From: Camelus ferus
Taxonomy: Eukaryota
Assembly: GCF_009834535.1 (NCBI RefSeq)
Contig: NC_045698.1
Location: forward strand, 8,186,001 to 8,250,000
Direction of reading: 5' to 3'
DNA: 64,000 bases
The stretch's first letter is position 1. Every line of letters starts with the position of its first letter. Under the pieces are notes generated by a model that saw only the letters and a list, made by a program, of their open reading frames with translations, ran no database searches and was not told the origin of the DNA. Made by a program: the position numbers and the translations under genes. Shown here in pieces: positions 38,415 to 51,431 of this stretch.

Positions 38415-40248
38415 CTTCTTTTGACTTTGGTTTCTTTGATTTTTTTTTTTTAAGTTTGACCCCATTTTTATTTATTTTGTAAATATGTCCTCTTTTCTGG
38501 GTAATTTTCTGTTCTTGCCGTTTGCACACTTTTCCATTAGAATTTTTTAATTTTTCTGTTGTTATTTGAAAGTACTCTTTCTTTATTCATAATACTAACA
38601 ATTCATTATTCTCATTTCAAATGTCTAGTGTCTCTTAATACACTCTTCTCCTTGCTACAAGCTATCATAGAGGGTAGATCTAAGAAGGGAATAGGGGAGC
38701 AGTCTTCAATACACAGGAGTACTTTACTGTGGCAACATTTCTGTGGTTTAGAGAGACTTTAAAAAAAGGACACAAATATTAACTTTAGGACCAGAGTCTC
38801 TTATAATGCATGTTAGGCTTACATATACGATACGTATCCATTTCTGATTTAGAAATATATCTTAAGTGTAATAATCAGAATATTGAAGTACTATATAAGC
38901 TTTTAATCTGGACAAAAAAAGGCTTTGTAGATCAGCTAATAGAGAAACCATATTTTATATGAGTCGAACGCTGGAGGCACCATATTTCCCTAAGCTCACC
39001 CTACTTTTGTTGCAGAGTCAGAGTTAGAACCAGGGGCTTTAGAAACATACCAAGCAGCGTAAACTTCTCCCCCTAGTTGTGTGTGCCAGCGACACACACA
39101 AGCCTTGTATTCTTTGAAAATACTCCATCAGAATTCTCTTAGGAATGGCAATATTACAATACCATCAGGCTGAAATGCTAAATTCTAATGGCACATTATT
39201 TATTATGAAAGATTTTCAACTTTTACTTATAACATTCACACATTTTTAACTTATATCCTTATAACATTCACACATTAAAGGTGTAATATGTTTGCCTAAA
39301 TTCTATGATATGCCTATTTTAAATTTGTAACAGAAAACTAGGACTTACTCAAATTAAACAATACATGTGAATAATACATTCTTTCATTTAAAAGAAATAA
39401 ATGCAATGGCATCTCCTTCTCCTTCGCATTATCTTTTAGTTATTTATACCCAAATAAGTACAACGGGCAAAGCATAGCGTTCCCCAAATTGCTTCTCTCT
39501 GTTGTTTGCCCCTAGAGTGATACTTGCCATGGTGATTACAAGGATAATCCCAGGCATAATTGTAAGTTCTAAGGCTAAGCATGCTTCAGGAAGAAACTTT
39601 AAAAACAACGGATTAGCTTATTTTAATGATGCTACATGTTTGCGTGGATAAGAGCTATTACATCCCTCAGGGCTAAGCACCCAATGCTGGCCCAGACGGG
39701 ATGCAAAACCAGGCTACAGAACATCAATAAAAAGAGCAAACGGAATTCAATATTTGCCTTTTTTCTAACCTAGTCTTCCAACTATTATGGCTGATACAGT
39801 TTTTTGGCAAGTCTCTGAATTAATGAAGAGACTATACTGGTAAATAGAAATGCATTTCATGCTCTACAACGGGACACTGGGTTTCAGTGGAAAGATACAC
39901 CCGAAAATAATAACAAAATTTTATGGTTTTTCTAAAAAAAAAAAATCAAAATCAAAAACCCAATTTAATTTAAACCTTTTTAAAATTCCAGGAAGTCTCA
40001 AGGTTTTTAGAAATGCAAATATTTTACATCATACAATTTCACAAATGCTAATACAGAATTCCAAACATACGTGTATATATATGTGACTGAAAGCACTGGT
40101 GTTTAGGGAGGAGTTGGGAGATTGCTGTCAAACCGCTCCTTCTCACAGGAAACTCACTTTCTACAACTCACTCTGCTGAAATTTTAAAGATTTTGTTTTG
40201 GGGCCCAATGATGGATGCTTTCATTGAACAGTATCTAAAACTTTGTTG

Positions 40249-40409
40249 ATTTTTATTTTTATTTTATTGAGGGATCGTCCGTTTACCATGTGTTAATTTC
40301 TGGTGTACGCACAGTGATTCAGTTACACGTATATGTTCCTTTGTATATTCTTTTTCATTATAGGCTATAACAAGCTATTGAATACAGTTCCCTGTGCTGT
40401 CCAGTAGGA
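40249..40409 (-). mobile_element. Short L1 3' end in the same orientation as CTNND2
   Basis: Reverse complement of the young L1 tail (gtgttaatttctggtgtac...gttccctgtgctgtccagtagg), preceded by a T-rich tail. Confidence 0.85.
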
Positions 40410-40799
40410 CATTTTTTTAAGAAGCAAAATACAGTGAGGTGCTGAGTGACGAGATTACTGAAGGTTCTATTAGTTCCGTCTATCCTCTGTGGCCTGCTAC
40501 AAGCCAACAAGCCTTCAGACCTGTGTCCAATCATTTATACGAGATTGGTTGTTTTCAGGAAGAAAAGAAGCTCAGACGCGAAAACTAAAACTTCTCTGGA
40601 AATACTTCATTTAAATGAAAATCTGAAGAATTTTGTGCTTTGCAGACCATGTGCACACACTTGTTTGAAGTGCAAGTGTTTGAAACCCATCATAATATAT
40701 GTATATTACATTGATCAACATTAGGTTGAAGGAGGAAATTCCTGGAGAAAAATCTATCTCATCAGCAGCTACCAGTGATGAGTTTGATGAGTCCCTGCC

Positions 40800-40985
40800 T
40801 GTTTCAGGTGCTTTACACATGCAACTGCGACTGTGTCGCTGTCCTGAAAAGCAAGTAGCACCATCTCCATTTTTCAGGCTTGGGAACTGAAGTGACCTGC
40901 CAAAGGCCACAGAGCTAGAAAGTGACAGAGGAAGCTGGAGTTTAATCCCAGATCTCAGCAACTTCAAAACCTGTGCCGTCTCCAC
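40800..40985 (-). mobile_element. MIR
   Basis: aagtgacctgccaaaggccacagagctagaaagtgacagag. Confidence 0.8.
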
Positions 40986-41147
40986 AACGGCCCTCTCCTA
41001 AAACAGTGCTTCTTACTTATCACGGACACAACTACTGTACCCGTAAGTCTTCAACACCGTCGTAAGTTAGCGGGTCAATGTCGGTGAGAGCTAATATAAG
41101 AGGCTGATTTCTAAGATCTAAAATCGTGTAATCAAGAGTGATGTCAG

Positions 41148-41351
41148 GGATTTGCAAGTACAAATGACTACGTATAAAATAGATAAGCAACAAGGTCCTA
41201 CTGTCCAGCACAGGGAACGATATTCAATAGCTTGTAATAGCCTACAATGAAAAAGAATCTATATATGTATAACTGAATCATTATGCTGCACACCAGAAAT
41301 TAACACAACGTTGTAAACCAAATATACTTCAATAAAAAAAAAAAAAAAAAA
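41148..41351 (+). mobile_element. Short L1 3' end with a long pure polyA
   Basis: TSD aagagtgatgtcag (41134-41147) / aagagtgaaatcag (41352-41365). Confidence 0.9.
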
Positions 41352-42182
41352 AAGAGTGAAATCAGCAGCCACTATGAGCTGCCCCAATGTTTTGCAAAAC
41401 GTTTTAGCTCTCTTTGGAGAGAGGCCCCTTAAGAACATGAAACTATGTCACGTTTCTAGAGACCTAAATCATAATCTCTCTCCCATTGTCCTGCAATGCT
41501 CTAATCACTGGAAAACTTGTCATTGCTTATTGTAAGTCATACGGAGTCGGAACCAAAATGACTGGACTCAGAATTATTTATGACAGACGGGGAGAGTCTG
41601 CCATCTAGGCAAGGCTCTATTCTAGTTCTAGTACACTGAAAAAGTATATAACCCAGTAACGCCAGCCATGATGTAGCCCTCCCCTCAAAAAAAACCCTCT
41701 TAAAAACAAATTCAAAATTGCATTCATGTAATTGAAGCATTTTGTTTTTCATCAGGTAAAGATATAGCGTGATTCTCTCTCTTTTCCCTTCCATACCTAC
41801 TTGTATTCTTCCTTTGGAAGATCATTCTATTTGTTTTTGCTAGATTTATATCACTCTGCTCGAAAGTCGTTTCATATTTGATGGCAAGTAATGTTTTAAA
41901 AATAACAAATAGGATTGATTTATTGAGAACTGAGACTCATTCTCTTATGGAGTACTGTTAACTATAAAAATTTGCCTTATCAACATTAACACTTTATAAG
42001 CTTTAACATATTTAAAAGGAGCCACAGGCTGAAGTAATTGTTAAGTAGCAAATTATTTACTTTGATCCCCTCCATACGGGTTGTCCTATATTCTCTGTGA
42101 CACTTCTGTGATGATATTAGGATTCTACTTATTAAAATATAATAAAGAAATAAATATATAAAGAAAGGAATAAAGAAAGAAA

Positions 42183-42815
42183 TAGATGAGGGTAATTAAG
42201 AGATACAAACTTCCAGTTGCAAAATAAATGAGTCACTGGTATGAAATGTACAATGTCGGGGAATATAATCAATAACTAAGTAATATCTTTGTGATGACTC
42301 GTCAAGATAAGTAGGCTGATCTGGGTGATCATTTTGAAACGCATAGAAAAAAATCGCTATGTTGTGTAACAGGAACTAACGTAGTGTTGTAGGTCGATTA
42401 TACCTCAAAAATAAACAACCATACAAACAAACTCACAGAAAAAGGGATCAGATCTGTGGTTACCAGAGACGGGGTGGGGGAAGGAGGAACTGGATGAAGC
42501 CAATCAAAAGATGCAAACTTCCAGTTATAAGATGAATGAGTGCTGGGGATGTAGTATACAACACGATAAACATAATTAACACTGCTGTATGTTGTACATG
42601 AAAGTTAAGAGAGTGAATCCTAAGAGTTCTCATCATACACACAACATTTTTTTCTCTATTTATTTCATTTCATTTTTATATGGGATGATGGATGGTCACT
42701 GAATTTCCTGTGATAATCATTTCATGATGTATGTAAGTCAAATCAATTTTCTGTATACCTTAAACTTGTACAGGGTTGTATATCAATTATCTCAATAAAA
42801 TTGGGAGAAAAAAAT
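42183..42815 (+). mobile_element. L1 3'UTR (L1MA9-like)
   Basis: Co-linear with 17810-18380: tacaaacttccagttgcaaaataaatgagtca...ctcaataaaattgggagaaaa. Confidence 0.85.
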
Positions 42816-43257
42816 AAGATTAGCATTCCACCATTTTGTTTTCTATGTTCTAAATCAATTTTAGTTATAGTCAAATCAAATGTAATTTTTGTTTAGAGAA
42901 TTCTGCTGATTTCTCCATGCTATGCACTCTTAAGATATAATATAATAGAATATCAATAACAGAAAGTTTCTTTTTTGAGAAAAGTAACAAATTTTTTTTT
43001 TTTTTGAGAAAGGTAATCTTTTGGATTCTCTCTTACAAATAAGAGAAATTTTCTGAGTACCAGGAAACAGAATGCTGGCAAATGATTTAACTCTCCCTTT
43101 GCATCATGACATTGAAGTTGGAAGTACTTAATGCTTTCCAGGTCTAAGCTGGACAAGATAGAGATGGAACATCTGTTTTTTGTTGGTTTTTCTCAGTATA
43201 TTTAAGAAGAACGCATAGTGCCAGTTTCTGTACACTACTCAAACATTTGTAGTAAGA

Positions 43258-45198
43258 AATTAATGTACAAAAATCAGTTGCACTTCTATATACTAACAAC
43301 AAATATCAGAAAAAGAAATTAAGGAAACAATTCCATTTACCATCACATCAAAAAGAATAAAACACTTAGGAATAAACCTACCTAAGGAGGCAAAGGACTT
43401 GTCTCCAAAAACTATGACATTGATGAAAGAAATTGAAGATGACAAAAACATATGGAAAGATATACCACATTATTGGTTTGGAAGAATAAATATTGCTAAA
43501 ATGGCTTTACTATCCAGGGCAATATATGGATTCAATGCAATCCCTGTCAAATTACCAATGACATTTTTCACTGAACTGGAACAAAAAATGTTAAAATTTG
43601 TATGGAAACACAAAAGACCACAAATAGCCTAAACAATCTTGAGAAAGAAGAATGGAGCTGGAAGAATCACGTGCTCTGACTTCAGACTATGCTACAAAGT
43701 TATAATAATCAAAACAGTGTGGCACTGGCACAAAAACAGACACATGGATCAAAGGAACAGGATACAAAGTTCAGAAATTAATCCACTCACTCATGGTCAA
43801 TTAATCTACAACAAAGGAAGCAAGAATACACAATGGAAAAAGACAATCTCTTCAATAAGTGGTGCTGGGAAAACTGGACAGCTACGTGTGAAATAATGAA
43901 ATTAGAACAGTCTCTAACACTATATACAAAAATAAACTCAAAATGGATTAAACAGCTAAATATAAGACCAGATACTATAAAACTCCTAGAGGAAAACATA
44001 GGCAGAACATTCTTTGACATACATCACAGCAATATTTTTTCTGAACCAGCTCTGAGAGTAATGGAAATAAAAGCAAAAAGAAACAAATAGGACCTAATTA
44101 AACTTGAAAGCTTCTGCACAGCTAAGGATACCATCAACAAAACAAAAAGACAATCTACAGAATGGGAGAAAATACTTGCAAATGACGTGACTGACAAGGG
44201 ACTAATTTCCAAAATACACAAAGAGCTCATACAGCTTAATACCAAAAAAAACAAGCAATCTTATCAAAAAATGGGCAGAAAACCTAAACAGACATTTCTC
44301 CAAAGAAGACATCCAGATGGCCAACAGGCTGCATGAAAAGATGTTCAATATCATTAATTATTAGAGAAATGCAAATCAAAACTACAATGAGATATAACCT
44401 CACCCAATCAGAATGGCCATCATTAAAAAGTCTACAAATAGTAAATGTTGGAGAGGATGTGGAGAAAAATGAATCCTCCTACACTGTTGGTGAAAATGTA
44501 AATTGGTGCAGCCACCGTGGAGAACAGTATGGAAGTTCCTTAAAAAACTAAAAATAGACTTACTATATGATCCAGCAATCCCACTCCTGGGCATATATCT
44601 GGAGAAAACTAATTTGAAAAGGCGCATGTACCTAATGTTCGCAGCAGTGCTATCTACAAGAGCCACAACATGGAAACAACATAAATGTCCATCCACAGAT
44701 GACTAGATAAAGAAGTTGTGGTATGTGTGTGTGTGTGTGTGTCTGTGTGTATGGAATGGAATATTACTCAGCCATAGAAAAGAATGAAATAATGCCATTT
44801 TCAGTAACACGGATGGCCCTAGAGATTAAGTGAAGTAAGTCAGACAAAGACAAATATCATATGATGTCATTTATATGTGGAATCTAAAAAAAAAATACAT
44901 ATTTTATTTACAAACCAGAAATAGACTTATGGACATAGAAAATAAACTGGTTACCAGGTGGGAAGGGATGGGGAGGGATAGATTAGGATTTGGGATTAAC
45001 AGGACACACATTACTATACATAAAATAGATAAACAACAAGGACCTACTGTATAGCACAGGGAACTATATTCAACTTCTTGTAATGAGCTGTAAAGGAAAA
45101 GAATCTAAAAAAATATATATGTGTGTAAATGCATAACTGAATCACTTTGCTGTACACAAGAAACCAACATTGTAAATCGACTACACTTCAATGAAAAA
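43258..45198 (+). mobile_element. 5'-truncated L1, about 1.9 kb, with a disrupted ORF2 C-terminal region and 3'UTR
   Basis: ORF-track fragments [68 protein letters not shown], with stops and frameshifts; (TG)n at about 44724-44750. Confidence 0.96.
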
Positions 45199-48100
45199 TA
45201 AGAATTACAAAAAAAGGCCAAGGGTAGGACTGAAATGTGGAACTGACATAGACTTTAAAGGCTGCTTTACTGAGATGCAGAGAAGGAAAAGAAAATAAGT
45301 ATTATTTTCCGTTTGCTTCCAAGGTGAAGCATGGTACAAAGAACTCTGTTTCACCAGGTAAGAGTAATAATAACACTGTTTTCTGGACCGCCTTCTAATT
45401 TTTTTCCAGGTCACTTTATCACAAGTTATGACCATGAACATCCCACTGTTGGTGCAATTAATGTGTCCAAACCACGTATGTTTGTGTGACGCACACTGTC
45501 TGACACAGAGGTGGCACACCCGTACGGTCTTATGATGAGACTGATCTGGGTTTAGATTTCTAAGTATCCACCAAAAATTTCAAATTAAATGGCAAGAGGT
45601 GACATTTGAAGTCTCTTTCAGAGACAGCTTAGAGAGTTCTGTGGGAATCCTTCCCTCCTCCTTCCTTCCTCCTTTGTGCCTTTCAGTTTTTGATGCGTTA
45701 GTTTAAGAATCAATCATCTTGTCATTCAAGAAGTGATCCTCCATTTCGAACAGGAGAGAAAAATAAGGGCGTGAGAAAAAACGGCTTTTCACTTTAAATA
45801 ATGGTAACTAATGCTTATCAAGGAAGGTTTGTTCCGCTCAGAATTAAAGTGATCACATATGATAGGAGTTTAGCATTTTGCTTTCCATCCAAACCAAGAC
45901 TGCTTGCTCAAGCGCCTTTGCGAAACAACACAAGATTACTTAAATGCTACCAGATTCTGTCAGCATAAACCTTCCCCATTGGCAATGGGACTTTATTTAT
46001 TTAGGGGAAAAAATGAAACTTTTTGTATGCCAGGAAAATGAATGCCACTAAATTAATACAGTGAAAGGCAACGGAACTTTTACCCACTGTTATGAATTGG
46101 TCTTTGCACAGTACAGCATCCACAAGACTGCAAATTCTATTTCTGTCTTTAACCACTTGGCCAAATGCGCACTTATTACCATCACTCATTTGGAATCTAA
46201 TTCAATCATCTGGGCAATAGATTTTAATGGGTTCTGTTCTGCTTGATATGCCCCACGGGAAGAAGGATTGTGTTTGGTGTTCTTCCGTGCATCAAGGAGA
46301 CAGCATTGTTGGTTTGACCCACGTGTAAAAATAGGCTCGCTCTGCACGTTTGCTGCACAAAATAGGGCGTGGCAAGCATGTATCAGAGACCCGTTTTAGG
46401 GAAAGCCTCCAGTTTTTCCCAATATTCTCTTTATAGCAACAGGAAATGATGCACAGATTTATGGTCTCACATCTGGGGTTACTAGACACAGGTGCCATGA
46501 GCCAGCAGAGAGCCGAGTCACATGTGAGTAGAGAAAATTCTTCTCGAGCATTTAGTTGCACATTTCTACATTTGAACCCTAATACCTGGGAAGGGAAGGT
46601 AGCCTTCATTAGTCTCTGTTATTTAAAAATTTTATCACAGGCTACTTTTTCCCAAGGGTATTATCCAGAATAAAGGTCTAGGAGAACTTAAGTACAGATA
46701 ATGCCAAAACTTAAAATTTTCCAGAAGTGGCATTGTTATGTATATATTAGCTCCCCGATGGAGAAGCAAGATTAACTCACATTATATTTGCATGACAGTG
46801 GGCATGCCATTAATTCATATGACATCCTTCATAGTATTATGCACATTTTTAAGATCAAAAGAAATGACATCATTTGTTCAAGGTCACAGAGCTGGTCAGT
46901 GGTGGTACCAGGGCTCTTGACTCCACAGTTGGCACTCTTTCCACATTCTCTTCTTAAGAAATTAGAATACTCATTGATTCTTCGTTGATAAAGAAGAGAT
47001 GATTTACCCTTAAGAGACGCTTTAGCTCCTAAGGGCCATAATTGATTATTCTCCAAATGCAGGCTCTTTTGGCCACCTTTCAATTCTGTCACAGGAATTT
47101 AGGCACATTCACAGCCTCCCTTAGAAAAGACCCTTGCCAACATTTTTGGTGACTCCAAGATCCGAAAACATGACCCTTCATCTCCTTATCTGTCTCCACT
47201 GCTAAGACATCTGCTTCCAACCCATTTCATCTGCCCCCTGGAGTCCACGGTCATCTCTCTGACTGAAGCCCCTTAGAAATGTAATCATAGTAGCTGAGAA
47301 GAGGCAAAACAGCACCGTGTTACTTGCTCTGGAATCTGATCCCCAGGCTGCAACCCTGTTCGAATTCTGTAGTTTACTAGATGGGCAAGTTTTAATGTCA
47401 TAGTCCTCAAAGAGCTGGTAAAATTAAACAAGCTAATAACACACATAAAGAGGCAAACAATCTGGTATTTAGTTGGTGCTGAATAAACAGCATCTTGTTA
47501 TGCCCTTCAACCTTTGACCCCATCGTTTTCTCCCATCTGCAGCAATGTGTACACTTGGGGAAATCCCTGAGACTTTTCTTACTTCAAAGTTCAAAAATAT
47601 GACGGTGGATCTGCAAAGGAATGGAAACCTATCAGCTAAGTCCCACGAGAGAGTGGTTCCTAGCCCAACACAGACGCATGGAAGGAAGCATGGACGGTCG
47701 AGTTTACAGACACAGGGATGGCAGCGAAGTCCAAACTAGCTGGGGGGTTCTGAGTAACATGAGAAAAATGGGAACACTGTGACCCCGGAAAGTATGCGCG
47801 GGGATGAGTTGTCTAACGTGCATTTCCACGCGGCCCTGATGGCTGGGCGGCTTCCAGGTGCATGTGTGAATGTGAAACTCCCTTAATGCAAACTTCAGCA
47901 ACTGAGCAGACACAGGTGAAAAGACGGGGAAGTGAATCAGAGAGCCAGCGAATCCTACGTCTTAGTTCATCATTTCCCTGACTGGGACCGGGGAGCAGTG
48001 TTCTGCAAGACATGAATAGCTGCTCTGTGACATGGCCATGGATCTTGGGGACTCAGAAGGCACACTTAGCATTCCTGCTGCAAACCAGTGGGCTTAACTG

Positions 48101-48309
48101 AGTTGCAGACCAGTTCTGCTCCTAACTTTTATCTTATTTTCATCTCCACCCCAGTCCAGGAGATCAGATGTGGATCTTCACTGTGGAAAGAACAAAGGAT
48201 GTGATAAAAGACCATGTTTAAAAAAAAAAAAAAAAACTACCAGAGTGCACAATTCTAGAAACTTCAGTTTCACAGAGATCATTTGAATTTAGTGATTCAT
48301 ATGCATAAC

Positions 48310-48550
48310 AGCAAAGCATTGGGTTTCTTGATTCCAAAAACTAGCTCTTCATGCAAACACTGTGTCCTTAACTGAGCCATGTCACTTTGTTCAACTTTGT
48401 TCGTTTATGTGGTAGAGATTACTGGTCTGACTCAAACATTTGTTATAAAAAAGAAAGAAGGTAAAAGTTAAATGAGACAATACATGGGAAGTGCTTAGCA
48501 GAGGGCTTGACACGGATGAAGTAGATATTGTAAGTTTTGTTTTTATTATT
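48310..48550 (+). mobile_element. MIR
   Basis: ttaaatgagacaatacatgggaagtgcttagcagagggcttgacac. Confidence 0.65.
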
Positions 48551-49949
48551 GTTACCTTCCTACTTGGTTTACAGAGTTAAAAAGCGTCAACTATTTAGAG
48601 GACAGGAATGCTGCCAGTGAGAAAAAAAACTTTGTCTTCCAAACATGACGACCAGAGTCCTAAGATGTTCATTTAAATCTTATCTCTGGAGACAGTCGTA
48701 AATTTGCCACTTTAGAAAAAAATAAGCAATGTCTTAAGTTCTACTTGGCAGCAGTCAATGGAAAGTTATCGCTTTGTCTAATTAACTACAATATATTGCA
48801 AAATAATGATATTCATCTTTTTTGTACTTTTTCAAAGCCAAGAAGAAAAACAACAGATAAGGTGATAGACTCAAAGCTGCCCAACCTTCCTGTCCTTCGT
48901 GGGCATATACTGTGAGATAACCTCTCTCTCAGAATGGAAAATGTTTCCAGATAGTTCTTTTCTTCCTCCACCAGGCAAGGAAAGCACCTCTTCTGCACAT
49001 ACCATGAGTCCCCATACTTGCAGACAGACATGAGAAGAGACTTCATTTAAAACTTCGAAACAAATGACAATGACAGTAAAATCATTCTAATATAATTTCT
49101 AAGCCACACAGGAGTTGTGTGCACACTTGCCAGAGTGTAGGTGGTCAATACTGTGTTTCTGTTTAATATTTATGGCTTTACATATACATTTAGGTGAATA
49201 TCGTGTTGCAAGTCCCCTCAAATGAATTCAGATTCTGCATTCTATTCCTCACCTTGCACAAACCTCGTGGCCTGCGTACAGACAAAGGGTCTGATGGTTA
49301 ATACCTCAAGCAATCTCAGAAGATATTGCAATATTGCAAAGTTTATGCTCTGAATTTTGATGCAGCTGAAGCTTTCTCAAACAATAATATTTACCCATCA
49401 TTTTGACAAGAATCACCCATCATTTTGACAAGATCACCCAACTGGAATGGACAAGGCTCTTAGGCCCCTCTGACAACAGATTTAACGGTCTTGCTTCCAG
49501 TACCTCTTGCCCTCAAAAGTCCACTCTATAAATACAGTCGGAGGGCGCCTCCAACATGGGTGAGACACGTTCCTCACTCACAGCCTGATAAAAGCTCTTC
49601 ATCTCACTCAGAGCACAGCGCTATCTCAGGAAACAATACTCTAAGAAGGAGCAGGAAATAGATGACCTGGGGAAGGAAGTCAGTGGAATAAAGCAAAGAA
49701 GAAAGCTTGGAATTTATGGCTAATATTTGTCACGTGTTTTCTTAATTGCCCAGCCAATGTCTGAGCTTGATTTACATCAGAATAACCTAAATGTTGAGAC
49801 ATGGATTTTATTCATATTTTAATGCTGAGAAGTGTATGTATGAGAACCCAAAATATACATTTTCTACTTTTTTCTACTATGCTGCCCCCATTAATTGACT
49901 AATGTTCTATCCCCAGAAGTGGCCTTGATGCGTTTCTCTAGCTGTCCCT

Positions 49950-50320
49950 AAATCTGGCCCTCATTCCAGCCAAGCTGGTCTCCAGTAAGTGCCTCAGGGC
50001 CTTTGCACTTGCTAGTACTTTTCCCTCAGACACAGCTCACTCGCTCTCTTAGCCCTGTAGGGCTCTGCTCAAATATCATTTCACCTTAGCTGACTCTTCT
50101 ATATAAAATAGCACCCCTTCCTTTACTCTTTCCCCCTGTTCTGCTTCATTGTTCTTTACCGGCTCTTCAATTTTCTTTCTCCCCCCGCGGGTGTGAACTT
50201 CATGAAGTCAGGAACTTTGCTTGTTTTGTTTACTGCTGAATCTCAGGCTCTAGAAGTTTGTGGCACAAAAGTGCCACTAAATAAATATGTGTTGGATCGA
50301 CATGCGTGAATCAATAAAGT
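49950..50320 (+). mobile_element. L2a-like 3' end
   Basis: gcctcagggcctttgcacttgct...tttactgctgaatctc...aataaatatgtgttgga. Confidence 0.8.
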
Positions 50321-51094
50321 GAAGGATTTTCAAATTTCATCTGCACGAGGTCGAATATGCATGCAAAGTGCATGTTGTGCATAAGGCACAACAGTCCCAA
50401 CCTCAGGCCAAACCCAGCCCTTTCACAAGAACTTGAGACTAAATGTAAAAATAAATCCAAAGAGTGGGAAACAGGACCGGCAGGAGGAGATCCACCAGGA
50501 CTTAAGAGTCAGAGGCGATTCGTCAACCTCTTAGCTACTAGATCTAGGAGTGTCTCTGCTAGTCCGGCTTCAAGAACTCTGTGATTGACTTTTCCCAGGG
50601 GTGGACTAAGCCTGGAGACAAGGGGTCAAGGTTGCTGTGGAGTCTGTTCCCCTGCCCTTTCAACGTGGCTGACCTAACTCATCTCGAGCATGCTCTAGCC
50701 CCCATGAACTTGTATAATAAAATCACTGAACTTCAAAACTGGAATGGACTTTTTCCCATTGAGCCAACAGCTAGTAAGGAAACAAGAGAGTGATGCGCTA
50801 AAGCATTCAAATACTTGCACTCAAGAATTATTCTCCAAGAAATAATTTTAGATGAGAAAGAAATAAGGACTGTGTCGTTGCTTCTGAGAGATGCTGTGTA
50901 GCATCTACACGAATTCATGGAAAAGCTTTAAAATTTGCAGAAGAGTAAAGGGATATTAGTATCAGTGTTTCATTGTTATTTGCTACCCTGGTTATACCGA
51001 GTCCTGAGGTCTGGGCCGAACTAACAAATGCTAACAGAGGAAGACAAGGGCAGGAGGTAACTGACACCCCAGGAGGGTGACTAGATCATGGTGG

Positions 51095-51431
51095 TGTCTT
51101 AGTCCATTGGGGCTGCTGGAACAAAAATACCACAGACAGTGTGGCTTATAAACAACAGAGGTCTATTTCCCACAGTGCTGGAGGGTAGAAGTCTGAGGTC
51201 AGGCTGCCAGCATGGTCGGGTCGGACTTCTCATGTGTCATAAAGCAGAAGGGATGCGGGAGCTCCCTGCAGTCTCTTTATGAGGGCACTAATCCCACTCC
51301 TGTGGGCTCCATCCGCATGACCTCAGTGGATCCCAAAGGCCCCACCTCCAAATCTCCTCATACTATCATATTGGGGGTTACAATTTCAACTTATGAATTT
51401 GGGGGGAGACACCAACATTCAGACCATAGCA
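51095..51431 (-). mobile_element. MLT1A-like MaLR LTR
   Basis: tgtcttagtccattggggctgct...caacattcagaccatagca; flanks ggtgg/agtgg. Confidence 0.9.

Noticed and set aside
43399..44706. Cluster of plus-strand ORFs as a functional reverse-transcriptase gene
   Set aside because: These are broken pieces of L1 ORF2 with stops and frameshifts; the endonuclease and most of the RT region are absent.
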